From Anthoceros angustus (Eukaryota > Plantae > Anthocerotophyta): a stretch of DNA of 64,000 nt. Each line of letters begins with the position of its first letter. Within the stretch, counting starts at the first letter, position 1. Positions 47,906 through 59,889 of the stretch are shown piece by piece. A model generated the notes under the pieces. It saw only the letters and a list, made by a program, of their open reading frames with translations, was not told where the DNA came from and did no database searches. The stretch spans positions 930,001-994,000 of the forward strand of contig VJWM01000106.1 of NCBI GenBank assembly GCA_010909165.1, in the 5' to 3' direction. The position numbers and the translations under genes are program-made.

Positions 47906-50900
47906 TGTGGCGACTTTCGATGGGCGGTAGGCGCACAATCCGTGTCGTTGTAGGAAGAGTCCGTTCCAAATGATAGCTCCGTTTCGCGTTTGGATTCTCA
48001 CCTTTCTTGGTCCACTTCACCCGCTCAATCTTCGTTTACACTATTTACGCGTTCACGAGCAGTGTGGCCAAGCGTTTAAGGACCCGTTTGCGTCGCGTTC
48101 GTTCACTCGTTTCTTGATCCGTTCCTCTCTCCTCTCTACACTATCAACCTTAGAAAAGGCGAGTCTACCGGTCGGACCTCCTCGTTGCTCATGGGCCTCT
48201 CGTCCGGCTCTACACACCCTCCGGAGTTCCTCCGGCTCACCGTTCGGTCCTCGGCGTTGGACGCTCTCGACGAACGGGTCCTCGGTCGTCCTTCCTGCAC
48301 ACACCACCAGCGTTAAGTCCGTCACGGGACCTTGATCAATCTCCCGGGAGTCGTCGTGCACCTTTCGGTGACTCGGGACTCACGTTAGAAGACTCAGTGC
48401 AGAGCGGCATCAACACCAAGAAAGATGCTTTACTAGGCCTCGGCCCTCTTATCTGCGCCCAAGGTGGCGTCTTTATTACACCCCTATTACGGTGATGGCC
48501 ATTTCGGTATACCTAATCGACGCCTACCATCCTATTTCCTCCCCTATCTCCTTCGGGTGTGGGGAAGGTCTGGCCTCGGGATGGGTGGTCAATCCCGTCA
48601 CAGCGGTTGTGGCGCACAATCGGATGATCCGTGAGGCGGGCCCCTCCTCTCCGGAATCACATCGGGTTGGGCTCCGGCGGTCGACAACCGCCCGTTACCA
48701 CGTCATCCTCCCTGGCCTCCCACAGGTCCCTTCGCGGTGGGGCCCGCTATCTGCTCCCCTAAGCGTAAGTCGAAGGGGCTCCTCCCTTCTTGCCCGGTGA
48801 CCTCGAGGTCTGTCTCGACTCACGAACCCCAGTCGGCTTCTGAGTCGGGCTAGGTCGACCTTGTCTCGGACCTCGGTCCGGACTTCTCGGTCGGACCTCG
48901 GTCGACTTATTGAGTCCGGACCTCGGTCGGTCTCCTTGAGTCCGGACCTCAGTCAGACTCGCCCCGGGTTTCCTCCTCACGGGACTCCTCCGTGGCTCTC
49001 CCTCGAGTCCTTCCGTTCCCGATCGCCCGACTCCCTCGTTGGCCCCTCCTTCCATGGTGAGGTGCGGGGTGCTTACCTCGCCACATCGCGCTCCTCGTTC
49101 GCTCCTCCGGTGCTCCTCTCACGCTCCCGTCGTCCAAGCGCCCCCAAGGTCCCGTGGCCACTATCCCGGGGCCTTCTTCCCTCGCCTTCCTTGGACCCGT
49201 CGAGTCCTCTGAGGGTGACGTGGTGCCTCCGCGCCTTGAGGGCTCGGCGTGGTAATAGGCAAAGTCGGATCGACTTGTTGGTGCCTCTTCCACGTGTGCG
49301 GGCTACTCCTCGCCATAAGGTGCTCCGTTTGTGTTATTGCCCTGCTCTCTCCTGCGGGCTTGGGCAGCCGGGCGAGACTCCAAGCGGCCTCGGTCACCTC
49401 CCCTGCTGCTGCTCACACTCCTCCTCCCTTTGTCTTAGCCCGCCCGGCGCCATGGGCCCGCCTTTCTCCGGTGGACCGCTTCTTCCTCCTCTAGCGCTCT
49501 CCTCCTCCGTTTACGGCATCGCCACCTCCCTCTCCAATCGGTGGTATATCCATCAGGCCCCGGACTTCCTCCGGTTCCTTCTGCACGGCAGCGTCCAACT
49601 CCTTGGATAGTCGCGATTTTCCTCCGTCTTGGGGGGCACTCTATTTCGTGCTCAGTCGTGGATTCTCGTTGAGAATCACTGCTGCTCGCGCATCTTGGGT
49701 TGTAGCTCCAGCGTGTCCTTGCCCTCCTCCACATGGCCTCGAGCACCGCACTCCGCCAAAGGTGCCCGGCATGGGAGTGTTGTTCGCCTGGCTGCTCGCC
49801 GCCAGCTTGCCAACCGCCGGGCAGACTCCTTGAAGCCACCAAAGCGGCCTCCGACACCTCCTGCAGCCTTTGCCGCCTCAACGCGCCTCCTCCCTTTGTC
49901 AGAGCTCGCCCAATCGACCGCCATGGAGCCCAGCCCCTTCCGCCTCTCCGTAATCGGATAAGGAGCACTGCCTCCTCTAGCGCCTCCTCCTCCGCTTACC
50001 CTGCACCAAGGTCCGCCACCTCCTCTCCAATCGGATGGTATATCCATCCGACCGCTTCTTCCGCCTTCGCACTGGCAACGCCCAACCTCGATAGTCGCCG
50101 ATTTTCCTCCGTCTTCGACGGAGCTGGAGGCACTCTATTTCGTGCTCAGTCGTGGATTCTCCGTTGAGAATCACTGCTGCTCGCGCATCTTGGGTTGTAG
50201 CTCCAGCGTGTCCTTGCCTCCTCCACATGGCCTCGGGCACGGTACTCCGTCGCCAAAGGTGCTCGGCGGTGGGAGTGTTGTTATTCGGCTCGTCTCGTCG
50301 CCCGGGCTTGCCAGCCGGCGAGACTCCTTGAAGCCACCGGCCTCAGGCACCTCCTGCGGCCTTTGCTGCTCATAACTCCTCCTCCCTTTGTCTGTAGCTC
50401 GTGGCCCGGTAGCCATGGAGCCCGGCTCCCGTCTCCGTAATCGGATAAGGGCATTGTTCCTCCTCTAGCGCTCTCCTCCTCCGTTTACCGTGCAGAAGGT
50501 CCGCCACCTCCTCTCCAATCGGTGGTATATCCATCAGGCCCACAGCTTCTTCCGGTTCCTTACGCGGCAGCGTCCAACTCCTTGGATAGTCATTTTCCTC
50601 CGTCTTGAGGCCGGGAAAGGCACTCTATTTCGTGCTCAGTCGTGGATTCTCCGTTGAGAATCACTGCGCTCAAGCGCATCTTGGGTTGTAGCTCCAGCGT
50701 GTCCTTGCATCCTCCATCTGCTGCCTCTCCTCTACTTCCTGCGGTACTCGGAGATCTCCTATCTCCCAGTGCTGGCCTCCATCTCCCCTTGGAGTTACCC
50801 ACCTGCTCCATCTGGCCTTGGCCTTGTGGTGCCTCGACTCCCTCCACGGTTCGATCCGTCGGTAGTGGTGATCCCGATCGACCTTTGCGGCTTCCGCCTC

Positions 50901-53278
50901 CGGCCGCCTTCACCCCTCGCCCGCTTGGTGTAGTCTGGCCGCCGCCTCGGCCAAGTCGCGGGCGTTCTCCGCCGTCGTCGTTCCTCCTCACCCTTCTTCC
51001 CTCGCCTCCTTGAGCTCCTTTCCGCCTCTTTCTCACAGGGCTTGGAGGGTGAAGAGCCTTAGTGCAGTCTCTTTGAACCGCTCGGGCCTCGCTCCGCCCG
51101 TCGTTTTCCTTCCTCGATCCGGCGAGGGACTCGCCTTTTCCTTTGCCTCTGGGCGCCTTCACTTGCTCTTGGGTTCCACCATCCTCCTCAGTGGCCTCCA
51201 CTTCACAGGCCTTCTCTGCATGCCACAGGCCCCAACATACCGTCCATGACGGTAGCTAAGACCCGCCGTGTCTCCTCCACGGCCCAGGAGATGCCACAAA
51301 GTCCTTGGTGGGCGCGGGCATCTCTGGTCCGTCAGGACCTCCATACCAGATCGGAGTCGGGGGGTTCTCACCTAATGTCGGGACCCTCAAGTCACAGGTC
51401 GTGGTCAGGGACCTCACCCTCCTTGGCCCTCTTGGCCTCTAACTCCTTTGTGCCCTCTTTCTCACAGGGCTTGGAGGGTGAAGGAGTCAGGCCCTTTGCC
51501 CTCTCCTGTTGGAGGCAGGGGCCGGCTCGGGTGGGGCTGCCCGGTGACCTCCGCTCCTTGGGCGGCATCCGCCTCCTTCGCCTCTTGACTTCTTGCCACT
51601 CGTGGGCGGGGTAAATGCACCTTCGAGGTCTTTGCGTTGGTGGCGGCACCGTCTTCCGCCTCTTGACTCCAGAGAGTTTGTCGGGGTTCGGCCGTCGTGG
51701 TTGTTGGCTTTGTCCGTGTCTTGGGCCGCGCCCTTCCTGCGGACTTCCTCCTGTCTTGGCTCGGGAGGGCACCAAAGGAGGAAGGGGAATCTCCTCCCAA
51801 ACTTCCCTAGGTGGCGGTAGTTCAGCGTATGGAGTCGGGAATGCCTTCGATCGTCTTCCTCCGGACCCTCTTGCTTGGTTGGCGGACCTCTGCCCCCTTC
51901 TCCCTCCACCTCCATTGGCGGTAACCCTTCTTGAGGGCTCGTTCCTCCTCACCCTTCTTGAGGAGGTCCGTGCCCCATACATGGATCAAAGGCGTCGTGA
52001 GGAGGTGGCTTCTCACACCTCGGTTTGCTCCGCCGATCCTTGGTGAATTATCTTCCCCAATCTGCGCTTGCCTTTCGGGTCGTGGAGGAAGACCAGAGTT
52101 ATCACCAAGGTGATCCACCTTGGTCGGCATGTTCGATGGACGATTATCGCCTTGCTTACCCTCTTGTCCGGGAGCTCGGCATACCATCCGTTCGAGGATC
52201 GTGTCCACAGGCGTGGGAGGGCCGCCTTAACCGCTTACCTTCCCTTTACCTTGAGGGCTCGGCACCACCTCCTACCTCCTCCCAGGCGGCGATAGGCGCC
52301 TCGGGACTTCCACCGTCCATCTTTTGGGTCCTCCCGGTTCTGAGCGGACCTCCTTCCTTGCCACTTGACATCTTGGCGTATTCCGGACCATGGTAGATCA
52401 TAGGTCGGGCACAGAAGATGTCCAGGTGCCACTCCTCGACCAGTCCCTCCGCCTCCTCGAGCCATGGACCAAAGTCAGGGTAGCGTCTGGTCACAATGTT
52501 GCGCTCCTCCAGGGGCCACGGCACCCACTCCTCCGACGCTTTCTTGGGTGCCATCGCCGTCGTGCTGCTTGTGCCTTGCTCCTGGAATTTGAGGCGTCGC
52601 GGCTGCGCTCCTCTCCTCCGTTGCGTTAGCTCCTTCCTCCGTGAAATCAAGCGGCGCGTGGGGACACCTTGGCGCAAGAAGAGACTCCGCCAAAGAGCCG
52701 GATGTCGGAGGGCGAGCGAGCGCGAGAATCGGCGCAAAGAGGTTTGGGAGAATGACTTCCCCGCTCTTTCTTGAAATGTAACCGGGAAGGCGGCTCTTGT
52801 CCATAGCTTGAGTGCATGGCTTACTTTGTCCCTACGCTGTTGCTTACTCTAGCCTTACGCCGCCGCGTACTCTAGCCTTACGCACCGGGCGTGAATACCA
52901 CCCTGCGCCCTGGCGAGCTCTGTCCCCGCATGCTCGTCCTCCTCGGGGCCGTCCACGTGGCGCCGCCTAGTCATCCTCGACTCAATTCAAAGTTGCTTTC
53001 CCGTACTTATCTGTTGACCGGAGTGGGGTCCGGACTTACCAGCGTACTCGAAGGGGGCTTCTCGGGACTTGCTCCGGTGTAGTCCGGGTTTCCATAGTGG
53101 TACGGGTCCGTTGCTTACTCCGAGTGGTCCGTTGCTTAGTCCGTGGTCGTTGCTTACTCAGTCCGTCCGCGCCATCCGTGCTTATTCCTCCTTTTCCGCC
53201 TTATTTTACTATTCCAACCTACAAAAAACAAAACCCCACTTATTTCCTAACCCCCCCAAGGGAAGTCCGTAGCCCACA
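47906..53278 (-). repeat. 5' LTR (5373 bp) containing the LTR-internal coding region with an internal triplication of about 490 bp
   Basis: MAPKKASEEWVPWPLEERNIVTRRYPDFGPWLEEAEGLVEEWHLDIF in ORF 52246-52737(-); NMPTKVDHLGDN in ORF 51822-52208(-); the marker ctctatttcgtgctcagtcgtggattctc occurs at 49639, 50133 and 50623. Confidence 0.85.
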
Positions 53279-56200
53279 CTTACGTTAAAACATGGTGGAA
53301 GTTTACATCTGGTGAGGATTTTGTCGAGTGAAGGTATAGCTCAACAACTTCTGATTGTCTACACTCCTCAACAAAATGGCGTGGCCGAGAACAAGAATCT
53401 CGCCCAAGAGATCACGGGTTGCTTATTGGTACAAGCTAAGTTATCTAAGGCTTATTGGGCGGCCCTCCTAACAACCTATCTCATGAATCGATTGCCTACA
53501 TCGGTTCAAGGTATGACTCCATATGAAGCATTCATTGGCAAGAAGCCTTCTATTGACCACCTTGAATTTTTGGATCCCATATGTTTTTATTCCCAAAGCA
53601 TTGCGTAAGTTGGATCCCAAAGCGAAAATACACTTTCATTGGCTACAAGGTATCAAAGGGTACAAATTGTTCAACCCTTCTACAAGGCAACTTTTATCGA
53701 GTGTTACTTTTCATGAGTCTTACCTCTTTTCCCCAGTGGGAGCGATAGGCTTGGTCCTCCTCTTGATGAGACCATTGACCCTTCTTATTTTGATGATCGA
53801 TTATTTCACTCCATTTCCCATTCCGCTTCTCGTGTTCCTTTAGTTGAACCTATTATGCGAGGAGGAGGAGTTAGCATCTATTCCACAACCAGGCCTTTTG
53901 ATGTTGACATCAGCGGGCGCGACACTCATGATGATGAGTTTGATGACCCTCCGGAGGATGACATTGTGGAGCCAGCAGATCCTCGTTGATCCCGCTCCTG
54001 GATGATGCACACAAAGGTACAACCTTAGATCCCGACCTACTATCTCAGTCCTGCAGTTGGAAGGAACCTCCTTTAGGATACCTAGCTGTTTTGATGATCC
54101 TATACCCCTATATCACTTTATTCTCAAGCTGTCTACAAGGCAACTATAGACCCGGAAGAACCTCTTACCTTAAAACAAGCTTTCTCTTCTCCGAAAAGAC
54201 TTATGGAAGGTAGTCAGATTCGAATATAATTCCCTAGTTAATAACTCTACATGGGAATTGGTCAAACCACCTAGGGGTAGGAAGATAGTAACCAGCAAAT
54301 GGGTATTCAAAATTAAAAGAAAAGGAGATGGTTCTATAGAAAGGTATAAGGCACGTCTAGTAGAGGTTTTACACAAATTCTGGTCTAGATTACATACCTT
54401 GGGCCACTTATGCCCCATAGCCAAATTTGCCACACTTGAATGATATTTGCCTTATGTGCCCAACATGATCTTGAACTCCACATGATGGATGTTAAGACAT
54501 ATTTGTATGGCGCTGCAAGAGGAAATATACATGAGACAACCCGAGGTTCTGTCAAAGGCAAGAAGATTGGGTATGCCGACTCATCAAAGGTTTGTATGGC
54601 CTTAAGCGGTCAGCAAGAATTGGAATTTAACCATACATGTACAACTTATTGGGAGAGGATTTAAGCAAAGCCGGTGATGCTTGTATGTACATCCTAATAT
54701 CCGCAATGATATATTTTATCTTCTACTTTATGTTGATGATGTTTTTATGGCAACAAACTCCCTCACTCTCCTAGCGAAACTAAAGCATGGCTTAGGACTC
54801 TATTTGAGATGTCCGATCTAGGAGAAATGACATATGCACTTGGTGTTAATATTATACGAAATAGAGGTAATAAGACTCTAAGTATAGTTCAAACCAAGTA
54901 TATTAAGGAGAGTTTAGCTAAATTTGGACTTGAGGATGCAAAGCTGCACCCACACCTTTTGCAAGTGGTGTTAGCTTACCTCGAGATATGAGTCCCAAAA
55001 CAATGAAGAAAAGCTAGAAATGTCGTTCCATACCGACATCTTTGTTGGCACTCTAATATATTTATGCAATTTACGAGACCGGATATATCTTTTGAAGTCG
55101 TTCACGCTCACAATTCTTGGAGAACCACGGGCGTGAGCCTTTGGATGTCTGTTAAGCGTATATTCGAGATACCTTAAAGGCACTATGTACAGGATCGATG
55201 TTCAAGCATACACCAGCTATCAACACATTAACTCTAACGGCATATCTTGATGACTATCTTTGGTGACCCGACACACGAAAATCATGTCGGTATGTATTAC
55301 TCTTAGGAGGAGCACCAATATCCTGGTCAAGTAAGAAACAACCTACTATAGCTTTGTCAATCTGATGCAGGTACTAACCTCGGTTCTAAAGACATAGTGT
55401 GGTCCGAGTTAGTTTTGAGTGAACTTCACCATCCTCAACTTAAGCCTACATCTTTGTTTAGTGATAGCCGGTGCCATTGCACTTGCACGAAATCTTTTCA
55501 TTCTAGAACTAAACATATAGCTGTTGAGTATCACTACATAAGGGAAAAGTTAGAAGATCAAACCATAAATATTAGTTATGTTCAAACTTTAGACAATGCT
55601 TGATTTATTAACAAAGTCATTGGGAATTGAGTTACATAGGAAACACATGAAATGTTTGGGTATAATGGACACACTGTCCAAACCTTTAACCTAATACTCA
55701 CCCTAGCAGCCTTAGGGCCGATTTAAGATAACCTTAAAATCTTAGCCCAAAAATTATTGTCTTACTATTTTCTGAACATTTTCTTCTTCTATCTCAAAAT
55801 AGCTTAGGTCATCCTGCCTTCCTCTTCATAGACGGCCAACATAGAACCTGGAATATTTATATTAAAAATAAAAATAATATTTAAGCAGTATTTATGTGAT
55901 TAAAACAATAAATTCCCTTAGCACCAAAGGCACCTACGGAAAATATGTTTGATATGTCCTGGAAATTCCTCACATGGGAGACTTGCTATTTTTATCATGT
56001 GGATGGTAGTTTCCTCACATATATAGGAGTCCGGACATCTCCTTTTCACTTAAACCTAAGGTGAGTATGTATACTTTATTTTCCTGGTCACCTTTTGGTA
56101 GAATTCACTTATAATAGCCCATGTTTTTGTCTTTAATACACTTAGGAAACAAAATGTGTTTACGCATCAAGCGCAGAAAATTTATGCTAGGTTATTCGAT

Positions 56201-57584
56201 CCTAAAACTCATATAGAAATTAGGATGCTTAAAATCTTGGATAACCCTTATTTAATATATTGCACCTTTCTTTTTCGCCCTTCCTTGTCATATCCTCCCC
56301 ATGCCGTCTCCACCCATGCAAGCGTCACACACAAGTGTCGCCTCTTATCCATCAAGTTAGCATCCTTGTAATCCACTTGTGTCATAGCTTCTTCTTAGAA
56401 GCATAAGATGGGCGCAATCTTTCCTACAAACACTTTTGGCGGTGGGCATTTGCGGAGCATCATTCATTGAGGAGGGCACGTCCTCATCACCTAGGCTGCT
56501 TCCTCCCCTTTGGTGAGCACATCCGGAATTGCTTCACAAATGAAGACATGGCGGAAATGAAGACATGGCGAAATGAAGACGCAATCTTACACTTGGACTT
56601 GGGCTTTCCCTCTTACGGAGCGCGTCCCTGTGGGATCCTTAGGCATCTGGTTCGCTTCATCCTCCGAGGATGAGGTCGGATCAATGACAAATGCGGAGAT
56701 TTCTTTACGAAAGGTGCAGGAAGGACGAGGTCTGGAGGCGAGACTCTTCATCACCAGCGAGGACACGATCGATGCATCGGTGTAGGCGCCTCCTCCTTTT
56801 GTTTGGGCGCCCAGCGCCGTGGCGTCCTTGCTGCAAGGGCGCGACAGATTGGCCGGGAAGGCGCCCGGCCTCTGGCCAGCGCGGCCGGCGGAGAGGGCCG
56901 GGGCTCGGGACAGGCGCGATGGCGCCCCGTGGCGCCTCCTCCGTGGTGGATTGCGCGCCTTCTGCGGTAGCCACCCCTCCGCCATCGCCATCACCGCATG
57001 TACCAACCACCAAGTTGTCGGGATCGCGTTTGTGAAGTTTGAGGAAGAAGGGTATTATCCATTATCCTTTTGATTTTCCTTTTCGGAAATTAGGATTTTC
57101 TGGATTTTCCTCTATATATAAATCCGCTTAAATACTTTTAATTAGTTTTAATTCCACCTATTCTTGAAGTTGGGTTATTAGTTTCTCATCTCGTTCTCCT
57201 TAAGTGGGAGTTATTTTAATAGTGATTATTACTTTCAGTTTTACCTTAAGTTTTACTTTATGCCTTTAAGTAAAGTTTAGTTAGGGACTAGTTTTACTAG
57301 ACTAGTTTTCCTAGACCTCTTTTGGTCGAAAATCACCCCTAGTTCATAGTGAGTGGGAGTGATAAAAATAGCTTACTATTAGGGCACTCTTCACTAGGGC
57401 ACCTAGGACTTAATAATTAATTTAGTCCTTAGGGCTCTAGGTAGTTTCTTTTAGTAGTTATTTAATTGGTTAGTTGTTACAACCACTTATTGGTTACAAC
57501 TACCTTGCCTACATAAAGGCATGTACTTTCTATTATGAATGTAATGCAACACATATTGCTTGAGCTTGTGTATGATTCTCATCA

Positions 57585-57768
57585 GACTCATGAGCTCGCC
57601 AATTCTTGGTCATCCAAACTTCAGTAAGTCGTTCGTACTTTACACTGATTGGAGCAAGTACGGCATAGGGGCAGTCTTGGCGTAGATCAATGACAAGGAA
57701 GAGGAACATGTCATTGCCTATGCCAGTTAGAGCAACAACCAGGCGGAGTCCAACTATTCTGCCTATAA
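57585..57768 (+). pseudogene. RNase H N-terminal fragment of the outer Gypsy, between the Copia and hAT insertions
   Basis: LMSSPILGHPNFSKSFVLYTDWSKYGIGAVLA*INDKEEEHVIAYAS*SNNQAESNYSAY, continuing EGECLA..GHFRPYLFG after 59890. Confidence 0.9.
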
Positions 57769-59889
57769 CAGTGTTTCTCAGCATAGGGGTTTGTCTCCAA
57801 ACCCCATTTTGGCCCCAACCATCCAGAAATGCACATGTCTCATTCCACTGTTTTCAGTGATTTGCGAATCCAGAGCCCATGCATCCGAGCCCAAGGAAGA
57901 CCTAATGTGCCCACCGTCCGCACAAATGCGGACACACCTTTGTACCAAGTGGCGGATGATGCGCACTTATGCTCCAAAATGGAGTGCCGACGTCCGGCAC
58001 TTATACTCCAAAGAGGTGCAATACACGGGTTTGGAGAGGGTTGCGTCAATACTTGTGTAGGCAAGCACTTTCGTTCAAGTTGCTTGTGCACACTTGCCGC
58101 ACCAACACTCACATCAATTCTCTTTTCAAACCCGTGATTGAGCAATCCCGACGGCGGGCATACCCTGACTGGCCCCTCCGTGTCGAGATAAGCCGCACTT
58201 AGATGCGGCATTGGGCCCAGTGAGGTGGACAAGGTAAAGGATGGTGAGGCCTCCTCAACCGTTCTTGATCAAACTCTTGAGCTTACATTTCTTCTTGTCA
58301 AGTCCATCGCTTTCAACCTTAATCTATCCATGGGTGGCACATGGAGCAAGTCGGATCTTAAATTCAAAATCTCTGGCGAAGCTTGGCTATAGTCTCTGAA
58401 CACCTACTGCGCCCACGGTAGTGGGCGTCACGGTGGGTATAGGTCCTCCTTGAGCCTCACGAAATACTCGGCCATTTGGTCAAAACCCCACTCGGGCGAC
58501 TAGCCCTCTTTCTTTGATACTCTGGCTCTCACTAGGGCTCGCGGTGGCGAGCGGATGCTCTCTTATGCTTGTGTTCAGCATCAAGCGAGCTTTCATTACT
58601 CAAGGAAAAATCATCTATTCTATTTATTTTCTTGCTTCTCGCAAAACATTGTGAAACATTGTCGTCTTCAAAAGGTTGGCCATTAGAAACCACCATCATA
58701 CATGTCGAATTTTGGAAAATGTAGCTCATCTAGAAACCAAGGCCTATGCATCTATCGTGCATCAAACTCGAATGAGCGGACATTTGGCGCACCAATCAAA
58801 GAGATCCATGCAAGTCATCGGAAGGGCACATAGAGTAAGGCCAAAAGGTTTTACATGTTGTATACAAAGCGAATGTGGGAATATAACATCAACCAACAAA
58901 TGATTTTCAAAAATAATATTCATGACTTTACGCCTAGATCTGGGATGATTTACAAATTTTTCAAACCACTAAAATCAACACTCCATCCTAGTATTGATAC
59001 GCCTCTAGGTTGCTTAAGAGTGGAGTTGTTACAAAGTTTTCAAAGCGCCAAAAACAAGCAAGCCATCCTAGCACTAATCGACCCAAGTGCATAACAGAAG
59101 TTCTAAAGCACCAAAGTCAAGCACCCCATCCGGTACTAATCCGACCCGTGCTTAACCTTGGAGTTCTTACCATTGAGTCTATGCACCTATCCGGATGTTT
59201 CTAAAGACAAACAATAATATAGATGCTGGACGTCCGGCATCCACTCCACCATTTCCATCTCGCTGGACGCCCACAAGATTGGGGTCTCCGGAAAATGCGC
59301 CGGACGTCCGGAGCTTTTGAACTCGCGCCAATGTGCGAGCGTCCGGCGCATTGTTCCAATTCCTTCTATGTTTTCACTCTAACAATGGAGATCCGGGGTT
59401 GTGTACTCACAGTGCAGACGTCGGCTACTTTTTAGAGTCGTAGTTTGGTCCTCTCGAGATGGCCATGATCGCTATCGGTTAATGTTCTCTCACAATTGCG
59501 GACGTCCGTGCGATTTCTTCTTTCGCTTGCTTGCTACTTTTCGTGTTGGTTGCGCGGACGTAGCAGTTTCTTGGACTAATTTTGTTTGGTTTGCCTCATT
59601 CACCACCTAGGAAGTACTATCGCTGCGAAAGAGGTGTTTAGGATTCCTAGCACCTGTTAAAAATCCTTGAAATCCCTTCCTTGTGAAGGTGAAATCCATG
59701 AACCTTCTTGCTTCAACCACATTAGCATAAGTATTCACGAGAAAATAACATGGTCAATGTCTTTCAGTACATGTCTAAAGAGTGGTTTTGCTAAAGATGA
59801 TGCATTTTGGCCCGTTTTCGGAGGTCATTTTTTGGTCTTTAGGGACCCAAACCCTTTAATGGAGAATAACCCTATGTTGAGAGGCGCTG
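57769..59889. mobile_element. hAT-like DNA transposon (2121 bp, probably non-autonomous or decayed)
   Basis: 20-bp TIRs CAGTGTTTCTCAGCATAGGG / revcomp CAGCGCCTCTCAACATAGGG (16/20, all transitions). Imperfect 8-bp TSD GCCTATAA / TTCTATGA with central TA. Subterminal (G/C)GACGTCCG-type repeats at about 57990 and 59228-59560. Removing it restores the RNase H frame NYSAY|EGECL. Confidence 0.75.

Larger units (their letters stand above)
38555..53278 (-). mobile_element. Giant-LTR non-chromovirus Ty3/Gypsy element (14.7 kb) inserted in the Copia integrase
   Basis: 5' LTR 47906-53278 and 3' LTR 38555-42751 (minus strand TGTGGGCTAC...GTCGCCAC(A)). PBS TGGCGCCGCTGGGAATGAA next to 47906; PPT GAGAAGGGAGTA at 42752-42763; TSD CTTAC on the right and degenerate CTTC on the left. 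The Copia frame KLKT|LR rejoins across it. Internal gag-pol (minus): RT (DDILDKVVG..DGYSGY; FLDDF about 44690), integrase FEKWA..; YNPKANGLTEK. Confidence 0.88.
35781..57584 (+). mobile_element. Ty1/Copia LTR retrotransposon (about 7.1 kb without its own insert), inserted at the RT/RNase H junction of the outer Gypsy
   Basis: LTRs 35781-36001 and 57360-57584 (TGATA...CATCA; 2 substitutions and 3 homopolymer-length differences). PBS TGGTATCA (tRNA-Met) at 36002; PPT GAGTGGGAG at 57351-57359. Order gag (CNWC..H..C about 37605), PR WYLDSGATSHI (about 37775), LWHCRLGHPN, integrase IVHTDICGP (split at 38554/53279), RT (54200-55150), RNase H (HIAVEYHYIRE). Confidence 0.93.

Noticed and set aside
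57791-59204. Transposase ORF in the hAT-like element
   Set aside because: Only short ORFs are present; I could not identify BED, DDE or hATC motifs with confidence.
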